From: Trypethelium eluteriae
Lineage: Eukaryota
DNA length: 64,000 nucleotides
Direction of reading: 5' to 3'
NCBI GenBank assembly: GCA_051942245.1
Contig: JAVECL010000027.1
Span: 1-64,000, forward strand
Positions 13,564 to 25,460 of this stretch are shown piece by piece. Every line of letters starts with the position of its first letter. The stretch's first letter is position 1. The notes beneath the pieces are model-generated. The model was not told where the DNA came from. It did not search any database and saw only the letters and a list, made by a program, of their open reading frames with translations. A program made the position numbers and the translations under genes.

Positions 13564-15854
13564 GAGGTATTGGTGGAAGGGATGTTTCGGAGGCTTTGGC
13601 GGGTTTTTTGTTCTTTTTTTGTGAGGCGTTCGGGTCATGGATAATTGGGTGGTAGGAACATGGGCACAGCTCCCAGGTATGAAACTAAATTCTTGTTGTT
13701 GGTCGAGCTACACGTGCATTGCAGGTGTTAAGGCGTTTTGTTATGGGAGGGGAAATGGGCACTGCATTGTCGGTGCGGGGGCGTCGTTGCATCAGGAACG
13801 ACTCCATTGGGATATGTGCTTTTTTTTTCCTGTCAATTGTCTGTTTTCTCTTTCCCTTTCTTTCATAAATAGTAGCATTGCAAGCATGGAGTTGGAAGGG
13901 GCCATGCACTCACGAGGATACCCTAGATAGTTTTAGCCATAGATGGCCTGTATTCTATGTTTTCATGAGCTCGCTGTTCTAAATTTCAATCCAGACGTAA
14001 TACATCGCTTGATAGGTGTTAATAACTGCGCCATAGTCTAACGAGGTTGTCCCCGGCAGATCATGGCCGATGACGGAGCACTGCAACTTCAAATGCACTT
14101 GCAGTAAAACCATACTATTTTGCCGTGGCCGGCTCGGACCGGTTCGGACCGGAACTTATTTAAACCTCTGCTCTAGGAACGTTCATGTTACTACAAGTCA
14201 CAAAGTGAACTTATCAAGCACGGACCGATCAGAGACTCGATGAAACTCTCTCTATATGTCCTTCAAAAAGGGATCAGACCCAAAAGCCGTCTTGTCTACA
14301 GCCATGCCAGCTTCTCATTGCTGCTGGCGTTTCCTACCTAGTCCCCCCCTCTACCCAGACTTGGATTCCTAGCTAAGCCGAACATACGACGAATGGTAAT
14401 ATGATATTCCAGATTTCCATCTACTTTCGTTTCACTATGTTTCTTGTCTCTGCAGACCCCGTTCTCATCAGACGTGAGTGGCTTATCGTCTTTACGGCTT
14501 GCAAACATCGTCCTAGATCTTTGTAGCAGTAGCTTGAGCTGGGAGAAATCTATATTGCCAGCCATATACGTGCTCATACTAGCTTTTCTACTGCCCAGCA
14601 AATACGAGATCGAGTTATCTGTTGACTGGTGAATCCAATTCTTGTTTTGAGACAATACCTTTGAAGCTGCTGAGTATACATCCACGTGTAGTAGCTCTCT
14701 CTGTCGAATATGGCTATAGTCTAGTTGTGATTATGCAAGGCAGTCTTATGAGTTTTAAGGCTATCATTTATGCCGGTCGAAAGCTAGACGTCCAAAAACG
14801 GCCAGGCTAATGTCTGGAAGCCCACTGCTATACGGTCTTTCGCCTCCATCGTTCAGAACGTGCTTGCGGAATTGCCTGTCGAACACTCTGGCTGAGCTTA
14901 TGTCACCGAAGAATCTGCGGAGCAAGATCAAAGCTAGAACTTGATCCGGTCGAGGGAGAGAAACTTCCGCCCTGCTATACCTACGGAAGGTTGGACGCCG
15001 AACTAGAAGCTGGACTTTCCTTCTAGCGGTACCGTCCAATAAATACTAACTTGGGTTCTTTCCGTTGCCAGAAAAAGAAGCACGACGAGGCCTTGACTCG
15101 AGAATCCTTAAGTTAGGGAACATCAGAGCTCGTATCACGAACGGAACTCGGTGATTACCTTTTATAAAGAGTCTCAGAATCAATGGTCTGCTCACCTGGT
15201 TCGCTATAAAGAAGCGTCAAGATCTCTCCATCACGACACAAAACTGTTCCAGCTTAGACCTGATGATGCCAACTATGGCTGATTTGAAACATGGTGGGGT
15301 ATCTCTGTTCTTTCCTGCAATTTCAATGGCTTGAATTTAACTATTGTGATTCCAAATGATGTCACGAGCATGGTCGGGGTAACGAGCACTGAGTGAGGAG
15401 TGTTTAATATGTTTCAAAGACATCATCAGTCGTGATCGCCATGCATATAGCCAAACACGCCATAACCTCATATCATCGGCTGGCCAGCGGTTGCTGTAGT
15501 GCCGAAAGATGATCACTCTAGCCGGTTTCAACAGAGTGATTGTGCCAAAGTATGTGATGATGGATAACCACGCGTGACGGGCCATGGGGCTGTACCTTCA
15601 GCATCCAAAAAAAAGTTTATAAAAGCACCGTTCGTCAGCCCTTTCTTTCTCCTCTTCACAGTTGTGGTGGAGGATATCTGCTGTGCATTTCAGGCCTTGC
15701 TCTCCACAAAGCTCAACGCTTCTCATCATCCTCCAACGTCAACTGTTTTATTCTCAACGTCATCAAGTAGTACAGCTACGTCCCTGCATCACTTTGACAA
15801 GCGAAAGTCCGGATCGGACTGCTCAATTTGTATCTGATATTAGACGGTTTCGAC

Positions 15855-18465
15855 ATGGCCGGCGTCCTTTCTAAGCTGAAGAGACGGTACGCGGCCACTA
15901 CCTCAAAGCAAAACTCAAATTCCAAGCCGACATATCCCATATCGAACCCCTTCTCTGGGGAGGATTCGATTGTCCCTGAGGCTAGGTCGTCTCCAGGACG
16001 AGTTTCAGATGATACTGCCCTCACTGTCCCATCCTCCAAGAGCCCTAATACTTTGGACGACCAGCCAGCCTATACCGACGAGCAACGCCGTTCGATCAGG
16101 CTCCCTTCAGAAAGCCGCGACCCATGTGCTGCCCAAGCTGGAGCAGCGGCGGCGATGACTGGTGTTACTGCTACATATCATGGCCAGCGGAGCCTACATA
16201 GTCAACCATCTAAGGCTGCAAAAGGTTCTGTGCCAATTGAGCATTCGGGCGACGAAACTCTAAAGACAAGGAAGGGTCGGCTTACTGTACGGAAATTTCG
16301 CAAAAATTGTGGCAAGGCTACTAGAAATGTCGGAAAAGCCATTTCGAGCCTCTTCCCAGAATTACACTCTACAAGCACCCAGGGGTATCTTTCTCGCGGG
16401 ACACAAACAGTTTCTACTGAACCAGAGCCCCCCACTGTCGGCACCAGAATAGAGTCCAAGAAACAAGAGTCATCCATTCACGATGAGACTATCAACATGC
16501 CACAGGACGGTGCATCTGCGTCTGGAAATATGCAAAGCAGCAAGCCAAAGAATGGCACATCAGATACAGATCAGGACAATGAAGCCCTGAATACTACAGA
16601 AGATAATTGCTTTGTGCCCAAAACCCCTGCAAACGATCCACCGGTGCAGGCCAAACTGCACACGAACAATGACAACATCAAGAAATTAAAGAATATCGTG
16701 ATTGGGATGTTGAAGGAACATAATTCAAACAAGAGTGCAATCAACACGCCTTCGGAGGCGAATTTGGGTGATGAAGGCATTGACGCTTTGAAAGAGGGAT
16801 CAGAAGATAGAGCTACCATTCCGTCGAAGGACGCCAATTTGGCATCCAACATTGAAATTCCAGCAGACGATCGGCCAATACAAGCCAAACGAGAGACGGT
16901 CCCAGAAGAGGGGATCGTCGAAGACGAAATCCTCAAGACTTCGACTGCTTTCACAGCAGACGAGAGATTCAATGCACAAAAGGAGGGCTTCAGGAACGAT
17001 GCACTTAGCGCACAGCATGGTTTTCTTCTCTTCCAAGCTAAGGCGCACCATGCATCAACGCGCAACACTTCTGTGGACGGCTCTAAAAGCAGCAGTGTAG
17101 AGGATCGCACTGTCATGGTGTCAGAAGAACACCCACAATATGGGACCGCCGACACCTCAAACGAGATTGAGACGGAGAGATTCGCCAATGAGACAAAAGG
17201 TGTCAAAATTGCAATCGAGGATTTAGAGCGACTGGCTCTCCAGGCCCGTGTCCAGTTCGACGACAATTTTCTGGAAAACAATGATCTGCACGTAAAGTAT
17301 ATTAGGACTTCTGGCGGCAACAACAATCGTGTGCACTTCATGGAATATGGTGATGGAGTCAGAGTTTGCATTCGTGTGCCAGACTGCGGAGAGCCTGGAA
17401 AGTGGTTTGCCAACGACGCGAGGTCCCTGTCTTCGTCGGTAATGACAATGGGATATGTTTCCAGGAACATGCCAAACATTCCCATTCCGAAGATTCTCGA
17501 TTTCGACGTTACTTTAGACAACGTCACCAACGCGCCTTACACCATCAAGACATGCATGGAGGGTCACAATGTAGAGGAGCTCTGGTTTAACAGATCTCTT
17601 CCCGTTCCTCGAGAAACTCGCCGACAGAATATCCTCGGGTCTCTCGCCACAGCTATGGCCCAACTTCGAACCCACTCATTCTCTTGGATGGGTACTCTGG
17701 ACTTTTCGCAGGGATTAGATAGTCCTATCTCCGGCCCGATATTTGACAGGGGCTTCGGCGAACATCGCAGTGAAAATTTCGATGCAAGCGATGGTACGTA
17801 CACTCGTAAGTGGACCGAAAGCTTGCAGGCCGGGATGAAGGAGCGTATCGAGGCCTGGTCCGAGGCCAATGCAGAGTATGCCTACAGGATTGGTAATGAG
17901 GCAGGGGCCATACGGTGCATAGGGAGTTGCATGCTCTACCAGATTCTAGTCGAGCAGCTTCCCGCACTTCATCGCGCATCCAGACATTGATTTCCAGAAT
18001 CTCCTTGCGGATGAAGAGGGTAACATCACGGTAATCCTGGACTGGGATCGCGTCGACACGGTTCCAGCATTTCTTGGATGGGCATGCCAGCCACATTGGC
18101 TCGGCGAGGATTGGAGTGGCGAGTACGTGTGGCCTGACATCTTCGACAGCCATACAATGAGCCCGAGCCAGCTCAACAGCTACCGCGCCTCATACGCGGA
18201 GTACATGTGGCAGGCTGCAGATGGCGATGAGGACGTCCAATACACAAGGGCGTCCTCTATGATGTACGCCATCTATACCCAGTTCGGAGGACGTTATCAT
18301 TATGACGTCTTCTTCGAGATCCTGGACCAGATCGTTCCACGGCTGGGGCGAGTTGCCTACCTTGAACGTGTCGCCCGTTATGGATTCGCGCCTGGCGAGG
18401 AAAGCTTCCTCAGAGAAGCTATTTCCCAGTTATACAAAGGGTCGTTAGGATTATTGAGGGCCTGA
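15855..18465 (+). pseudogene. APH/choline-kinase-fold phosphotransferase with long disordered N-terminus, frameshifted
   Basis: GGNNNRVHFMEY.DG..VCIRVP and IPIPKILDFD lie in ORF 15828-17990. The catalytic HPDIDFQN..ILDWD motifs lie in the +1 frame from ~17962 to the stop at 18465. Confidence 0.7.
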
Positions 18466-19112
18466 ATATAATAGGTGGATCTGGGATTGTGGGCCTCATG
18501 GCGAGGTTTATTAAATAGTTATTCGAATGCTGGGTGGGAGGAGTGCGTGAATTCTGATGATGTACCATCGGAGCTGACCCTCTAATAAGACGACGGACTT
18601 TACTTTCAGTCGGAAAGTAATATGAAACGACCAATCTTTGAGGACTTTCCCCTTTTTGTTATAAAATCAAAGCAGGTGGCACCTTAATAGCGTTTAACTC
18701 GATAGGAAATGGTAAAAATTCTTTTTAAGAAGGTTTTGTGTGACGTATTTCGCTTGAGGAAGTACACTTTGGTGCACATTAAACTCTTGATGATGCAGAA
18801 CCGCGAGGTCAGAGCGGCTCGGGATGACCCTCACCAGCCAGTTTCCATTCTGAATTGCGTGATATGCCGATTTAAGAACACACTGGATGTACCTCCGGAC
18901 ATAGCTATGACTTTGAGAGAATCGAGTGATGTAACGTCCAGAATAGTGAGCTAAATGCTCTCCTTTGTGTTATTTCTCACACCAAGAGGCGGTGATATGC
19001 AGTTCGTCTCGGTATCACCGGTTCTAGGCATTGACTCTGTAGGAATATAAACTCCTCGATCCATCGCCTCTGGGGAGGTCCTCTCGCAATCATTCACAGC
19101 CCACCATTGGTC

Positions 19113-21340
19113 ATGGCACGTCTACAGAAACGGCCGCCAGGGTCAAAGCAGCAGACTCGCAAAGAACTTGAGATTATCTGGAAGAAGGGCGTACAACAAC
19201 TCCATAAGCTCAAGGCTGCCGTTCGCTCTCAAGGCAACACTCGAGAGCAAGCCCAGGAACAAGATCTCGAACAGCAAAGATTCTCGGCTGCCAGAAAGTT
19301 GATCCCTAACATACCATTCAGAAAGAGCAACATCATCAAAGGGGTCAAGGCTAAATTCCATCGCGGCTTCAATAAAAATAATGAGGAATCGCCTGCCGCG
19401 GTAGGGAATGGTGAGTAAAATATGCTCGCGCTGAGCACGAAATCTAACGTCCTTGACCTATTGCGATGCTGATTGCCCTCTTTTCAGATTTATTCCCAAG
19501 CGCGAATACCATCATAGAAGAACCTGATGACCCTTCTCCAAGAGCGCAAGAAGGGTGTGGACCCCAAGCACACCACGAAGCTCCTGAAACGTGCGAAGTT
19601 CATGAAATCCACGAAGCTCAGAAGACCAACGAAGCTCAAAAGACCAACGAAGAGCATAATATCCACGAGATACATAAGGATTCCAAGCTCTGCGGAATCA
19701 ACCAGGACCATGAAGTCCATCAAGTCCATGAAATACCTGAAACTCCTGGAGCAGTCTCGGAGGCAGTGCTAGATTCCTCTGACACGAAAGAAATAGTTGG
19801 GAATTCTGCGACGGCTCAAGTTATGAAACAAAAAAATGCATCTGATCCATATAGTGGGACGTTGCAGCTTCCTGAGAAGAGAAGATGTAGCTCTGAGTCA
19901 AACTCGTCGCCGAAATTAGAAGGACAATCGAACCTTTCTACGGGGTCGAGCGCAACGACTCCGCCTGATGCCGGCGAACGGTCTGAGCTTAATACAGAGT
20001 CGGAAGTCAAAGACATTATAGAGCAGATTCATGGACCGTTGAAGAAGATTCCAGAAGAAAGAATCATTGCTTTGGCGCTCTCTTTGCGCCCTTCGAAAGA
20101 TGATCATCCTCCAGAGGGTATCCATGCACACCTTGTCCTCACAATCTGTGGAACGAATAACCGCATATACGTCATCGAGTATAGTGATGGATCCAAAGTC
20201 TGTCTACGAGTTCCAGCATCAGGCCTCCAAGTCGATAAATGGTCTGCGGATGAGGCCGACCATCTCCAGTCGACCGCGCTTTGCATGAAATACATCTCCG
20301 AAAACACGAACCTACCAATGCCGAGATTGATTGCATATGACACGACCAAATCAAACTCGATCCAGGCTCCGTACACTTTGATGACTAATATCGATGGGCG
20401 GTCGTTGGATTGTTTGTGGTGGGAGAAGGAAGGCCTCATTCCACTGGAAGAGCGTCGGGAAAACATTCTTAAGAGCTTAGCCAAATTCATGGCCGAGCTG
20501 AGACATCTTTCGTTCCGGCAAGGAGGAAACTTATATTCGAACGATATTACCTCCAGGCCAACTGTATACCCCGATTATTTGCGGTACCTAGATCATAGGG
20601 GGAAGAGATTCGCGAAGAACGCGAATCCAAAGGCTTTACCTGGCCACGCTTCTTTCCAGGTAATGATTCGCCGGAGGCTTCGAAACTGGTCCATTGGGAT
20701 GAGGACCTGGTGCACCAAGGAAGGAGACGTCGAGAAGCTCAATTACTACAACGGTGTAAGCAAATTCTACGAGCTTCTCATCAGCCATCTGCCGCAAATA
20801 AACGCATCCTCCAGCGCAGCAGCTCCAATGTCAGAACACTTCTTTGTCTCACCTCCAGACAATGATCTCCAGAATATTCTTGCGGACGAGCACGGAAATA
20901 TCACCGGTTTTATTGACTGGGACAGCATTGAGAGTCTCCCTGCGTACCTGAGCTGGGCTGGCCAGCCTATATTTCTACGGGCCGACTGGATGGAAGATTA
21001 CGATTAGCCCGTCGCTTCGGGACAGTCCAATTCGCCAACCGAGCTTGCACACTATCGCAAACAATACGCGCAGTACCTCGCGGAGGCGTGTGGAGACACT
21101 GATGGTGGTGTTACTGGCTTCACCGAAAAGGCCGCGATGCTCCAGGCTCTGTGGGATAGTTTTGGCAGAAGCCATCACGAGGAGACTGCGCGTAAGTTTC
21201 TGGAGATTTTGCTTCCACGCGTTGATATGCGCGGCCACATGATACGCTTGGGCATGGTTTGGTTAGATGGAGAGGAGGAATGGATGCACAGGGAGGTAGA
21301 GGCACTCTTCGCTCCCACGATTATGAGCACAGTCGGCTAG
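19113..21340 (+). pseudogene. APH-fold phosphotransferase paralog with one in-frame TAG (pseudogene or recoded gene)
   Basis: ATG 19113, intron 19411-19487, motifs GTNNRIY, LPMPRLIAYD and PPDNDLQN..FIDWD. TAG at 21005-21007, then an open frame of about 110 codons homologous to the neighbour's C-terminus. Confidence 0.7.
19613..19651 (+). repeat. 18-bp coding tandem repeat (EAQKTN x2) in a His/Glu-rich segment
   Basis: gaagctcagaagaccaac / gaagctcaaaagaccaac, read directly. Confidence 0.8.
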
Positions 21341-21676
21341 AATGGTTGGGCCGAGGTTTGATGATATGATGCTTAAGCATGTATAATAGCGTGGCAGTCG
21401 TCATTTTGGACTTCGGAGATTCTCCTCCTTTGGGCTGTCCTTGTTCTGTGAGACTGCCAGTAGATTGTTTCATCTAGGAAACGGAATACCACTGCACCGA
21501 GTGGTATTCCCTTCCCTAGCTGCAGAACGATATGTAGACCAATTGAGCTTCGGGATTGATTATGCAACGAATCTGTCTGTGGTGCTGCTCTCCTGCTACC
21601 TGCATTACTGACGCTGAGCACTAATGATGACGGTCGCAAGAGCAAGACTTGCAAGTCTCAGTAGTTCACGCTGTCG

Positions 21677-22876
21677 TTAAAGTTCTCCGTGACGAGGTCC
21701 AATTGCAGGCCAAGTCGTAGGCTTCGGTCGTCTGTCTATTCCAGCAAACTCATCTGCCTTCTTTCTTATCTCCTCACATTCTGGCGGCTCGTTGCAATCG
21801 GTTTGCTGACTTTCAAGCGCGTCCTTCGCAGCTAGCGCGGCGCCGAGAGCTAGAATATGTTTCTTTGGAAGATGAGGATGGTCGTCCGAAAAAGAGCTAG
21901 CGTGTGAGCCCTGAATTGCATCAACGAATATGGGATCATTGGCATTGGCACCAGCAAGCATCAGCATGTTAGGTCTTTGTGAGGCGATGAATTGGTCGAT
22001 CCACTCGGCCATCTCCTTAGACGTGAGATCCTTCCTCACTGAAAACGCGATTGGGTCTGAGAATACGCTTATTAGCGGTGTCTTGGCTACTGATGCTGTG
22101 GCCACGCCATCATTGTATTCAAGGACCGATATGCGGCCAGGACCTGTACAATCGAAGGCTTCGTAGCTAATACGACACAACTCGTAGCCAGCTGCAGTAT
22201 ATGCACAAGAGGGCGTACTTTCCATTCTAACTAATCTGCGAAATGTTTTTTGTACAGCATCGAGAATGTGGCAGGCTTCCTCGGTGGCTGCGAGCCAGGA
22301 AGGTAGAACAATACCGACTGCTTTTTGAGCAAGTATCTCAGAGGTCATATCTTTGAAAGGTGGCAGAGCGAGGACGTGATTTTGTATTAACTGTGCCGTC
22401 GGATGCAAGGGAGTCGACTCCTCTGGCAGTGGCGCAATGGATGGCTGCCAGAGAAATTCATTCGTCCAGCGGATGCAGCTGACAAGGAAGCTTGGAAATG
22501 ACGCATCGAACGGGGAAGGCTCACGGGGCGGACGAGGTCGATAGCACTTTGGCACAGCCTTCTGTATTTCCTGACCACTCGCCTGGTTGACTTTGGACTT
22601 CATCAAATTCTGATACTCCGTTGACGCGGCTAGGGTTCCAGTAGCTATCATGGAGCCATTATGGAAAGCAGCAGCTGAGGACCTAGCATCAAATTAGCGC
22701 AAACCTCGAATTGCAAAACCAGAAGCTCACAGTCTATTCAATGATATCTCAATGCTGTAGGTCTCGCTCAAAAGATCATTTAGCTGAATGCATTCCCGAC
22801 AATCGCAGGTCCCTGCGCTCGGCGCAAGAAGACAACAAACCCACAATAAGGCGATAGTGAAGATTTTAGATCGCAT
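21677..22876 (-). CDS. Secretory-pathway hypothetical protein, divergent Hsp70/actin-like fold, C-terminal HGEL
   Basis: Exon 1 (ATG 22876) encodes a signal-peptide-like MRSKIFTIALLWVCCLLAPSAG. Intron 22730-22683 splices in phase to ORF 21677-22651. Confidence 0.7.
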
Positions 22877-24005
22877 GGCAAGTGAGCTGTTCGAAATCTA
22901 CTCAGGCTTGCAAGGATGCTTCACTGTATTACTGAGCCTGAGGAAGTTGGGAATTCCGGGGGGTAGTCGAACCGATGTGAAAGAGATAGATCTTGATGAA
23001 AAGACAATTTATTTACTCTATTTAGGGACCATTGAACAAGTGCGAGTGCTTGCGTAAGTAGCGTATCAGTCTGAGAGAGAGAGCCGAGTCAGCGCTGTTC
23101 TCTTTTCAGCTGGTAAATACGTATCGTAACTCAAATGCGCGACAGTAAAAGCTAGCCTATATTTGATTCTTCCATCCAGAGAAATCTTCCAAGCAATTGG
23201 CTCCGATAGCTGAGAGAACCTTTAATGACTCATGTAATATCAGAAGGCGGTAGTTATAAAGCTCGAGAATATCAATACGCAGTCACTTAGGCCAAGCGGG
23301 GGACTGTGCCTCTTGTGCCACATGGGTAGTAAGAAGAGCCAGATTATTTGGTCAATCCGCTGCTTATGACGTCAGAGAACAAGATGAACCAAGTGTGCTT
23401 TATTAATAACAGCAGCGGGCTGGCAACGACCATCCACGCAAGTGGTACTTGATCAATGTTTTAGAGGACGCCGCATTCATCGCAGAACAAGGTTCGCTCT
23501 CTTAACAGAGAACAACACGGCCGAGCGACAGAGTAAGGCAAAAGGTGAAGCCGATCTATGCCTTGTTATAGGAGTCAACTGGTCGCCACGATCGTATTCC
23601 CGTGGGGATTTCACTATTCCGGAGATAATTGTTGATCGAATCTTTAGGAAAGAGTCATTCGTACACCAGGAGCCAGATTTTGTGCGGTAAGTCAAGGAAG
23701 CCAAGGGCCATATTAGCCTGAAGAGTTTGACTGATTGAAGAGGGAGCTGCTAAACAACTTCCTTCGGCTTGCGTAAGTTGTGGGTTGAATATCACTGGAA
23801 GAGACTGGTTCTATCGACGATGTTCCAGGTCCCAAGATTGGGCGATATATGGGAATGCAGGCGCGGTGGCTAAATACACCAGTGGCCTGGCAATGTAATT
23901 CTGCTCTCACAGCCAGCTCCACGTCGCTCTCAGACTCAAATTTGCACATCGTATGATACATGTTGCACGTCAGAAAAACCATGGGTATCGAAGCTATTGA
24001 CAAAT

Positions 24006-25460
24006 CTAAGTGTGTTCAGGGGGCGCCTCTGGTAGCAAAGCGTCTGTCGTTGGTGTTTTTGCTTTCGTCCAATATTTCTGTAAAGGAGGACGAATCAGAT
24101 CATTGAAGAGGAAAGTACCATAGACGAGGATAGCGAAACCAAGGAGTTGAAGCCATTTGAAGGACTCCCAGCCAAGGCCTAAGCTTACGATCCAAATGAA
24201 GAGCGTCCGGCAGGTATCGATTACAGAACGAGCCGTTGCGGAAATATTACGGGTAATCGCAAGACCGAAGGCATTAAAGCCGCTAGCGAGGTCAGTCATC
24301 AGTCCGGAGCAAGTCTTCCAAAAGACAAATAAAATAGGGAACAGGACTTACCCAATGCTGATCATGATGAGCACGCTCGTGACAGCAATAGTACGATTTT
24401 CAGCGACCTCTCTTAGTCCTTCGCTCGCATCGAAATATCCATAGCGCCCCTGAGGAGTACTTCCCACGGCGAGATGCAGTATGATCATTAGGATGACTGT
24501 GACAAGGAAGCCAAACAACCCTTCCCATCCCACGACTTTCAAGGGCTGCAGCGCATATCGTTCCATAATACTTTCTTCAACGACGAATTGCGTTGCTGTG
24601 AAAATTTGTCCGCCAGCGATCAACAATATCCCGATGATCGTATTTGCTACCGCAGAATCCGTGGCGATCTCCCCAGCCCTCTTCACCATACTTGACATTG
24701 CATGCTTGAGTTCAATGCTCTTGTCCATCATCACCATCATGTTTTCATTGGTGCCTTTTCCGTCCAAGTCCGGGACCTTTCCGTCGCCTTCGACAATGCC
24801 TGCTAGACCGACAACAGCGACGCCAAGTACAACGATGATCAGAGCGAACCATTTGTACCAGCCCAGCCTCCTCTTCAAAAATACCACGGAAAAGAGGCCG
24901 ACGAACAGAACAAGTGCGCCACGAGTCATTTGGTATATGGATGCAGCAACGAAGAGAAGACCGACATTCATACAGGTCGTGCCGGCAATGTCGCAGGAAG
25001 CAGGCAGCGCAAGTAAAATTGTTCGCCAGCCAGTCAGTGGCAGCCTTCCCTCATCGTCAATTTGCTTCATTCCCGCACCGTTCTCGCCTTCCAAGCCATA
25101 TCTCTCTTCCACTTCAGCGGCCTGATTGTTGTCATTGACCTCCGACTCAGCATCCGGTGTATCGACTGCCGTGCTCGCATCGCTGATCGGCGCATATGAT
25201 GCCGTCTCACCCTTGGTCGGATAAAATCGATTGAAGAGGAATATGCCGCCCACGACGAGCCAGCATCCCATCTCGCCAACAAACATCTGTGCGGTCTGGA
25301 TGACAGGTTGCTCGAATCGGTGCCGTTTCGATGGATCAGGGTTCGAGCAGTCGCGTACACACTGCAGGTCTTGGTATTTGGTAAGCAATGTATTGCAGAC
25401 ACCCGTCAAGAGCATCATTGCAACGAGGAAAGGGATGAGTGCTTGGACTGCGATAGCCAT
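24006..25460 (-). CDS. SLC35F6-like drug/metabolite (nucleotide-sugar) transporter
   Basis: MLLTGVCNTLLTKYQD, FEQPVIQTAQMFVGE, LPASCDIAGTT..NVGL..ASIYQMTRG, about 10 hydrophobic helices. One intron ~24351-24282. Confidence 0.88.

Noticed and set aside
16571..17530. 319-aa minus-strand ORF
   Set aside because: Antisense shadow of the APH-kinase gene with no motifs of its own.
24481..25125. 214-aa plus-strand ORF
   Set aside because: Antisense to the transporter gene.
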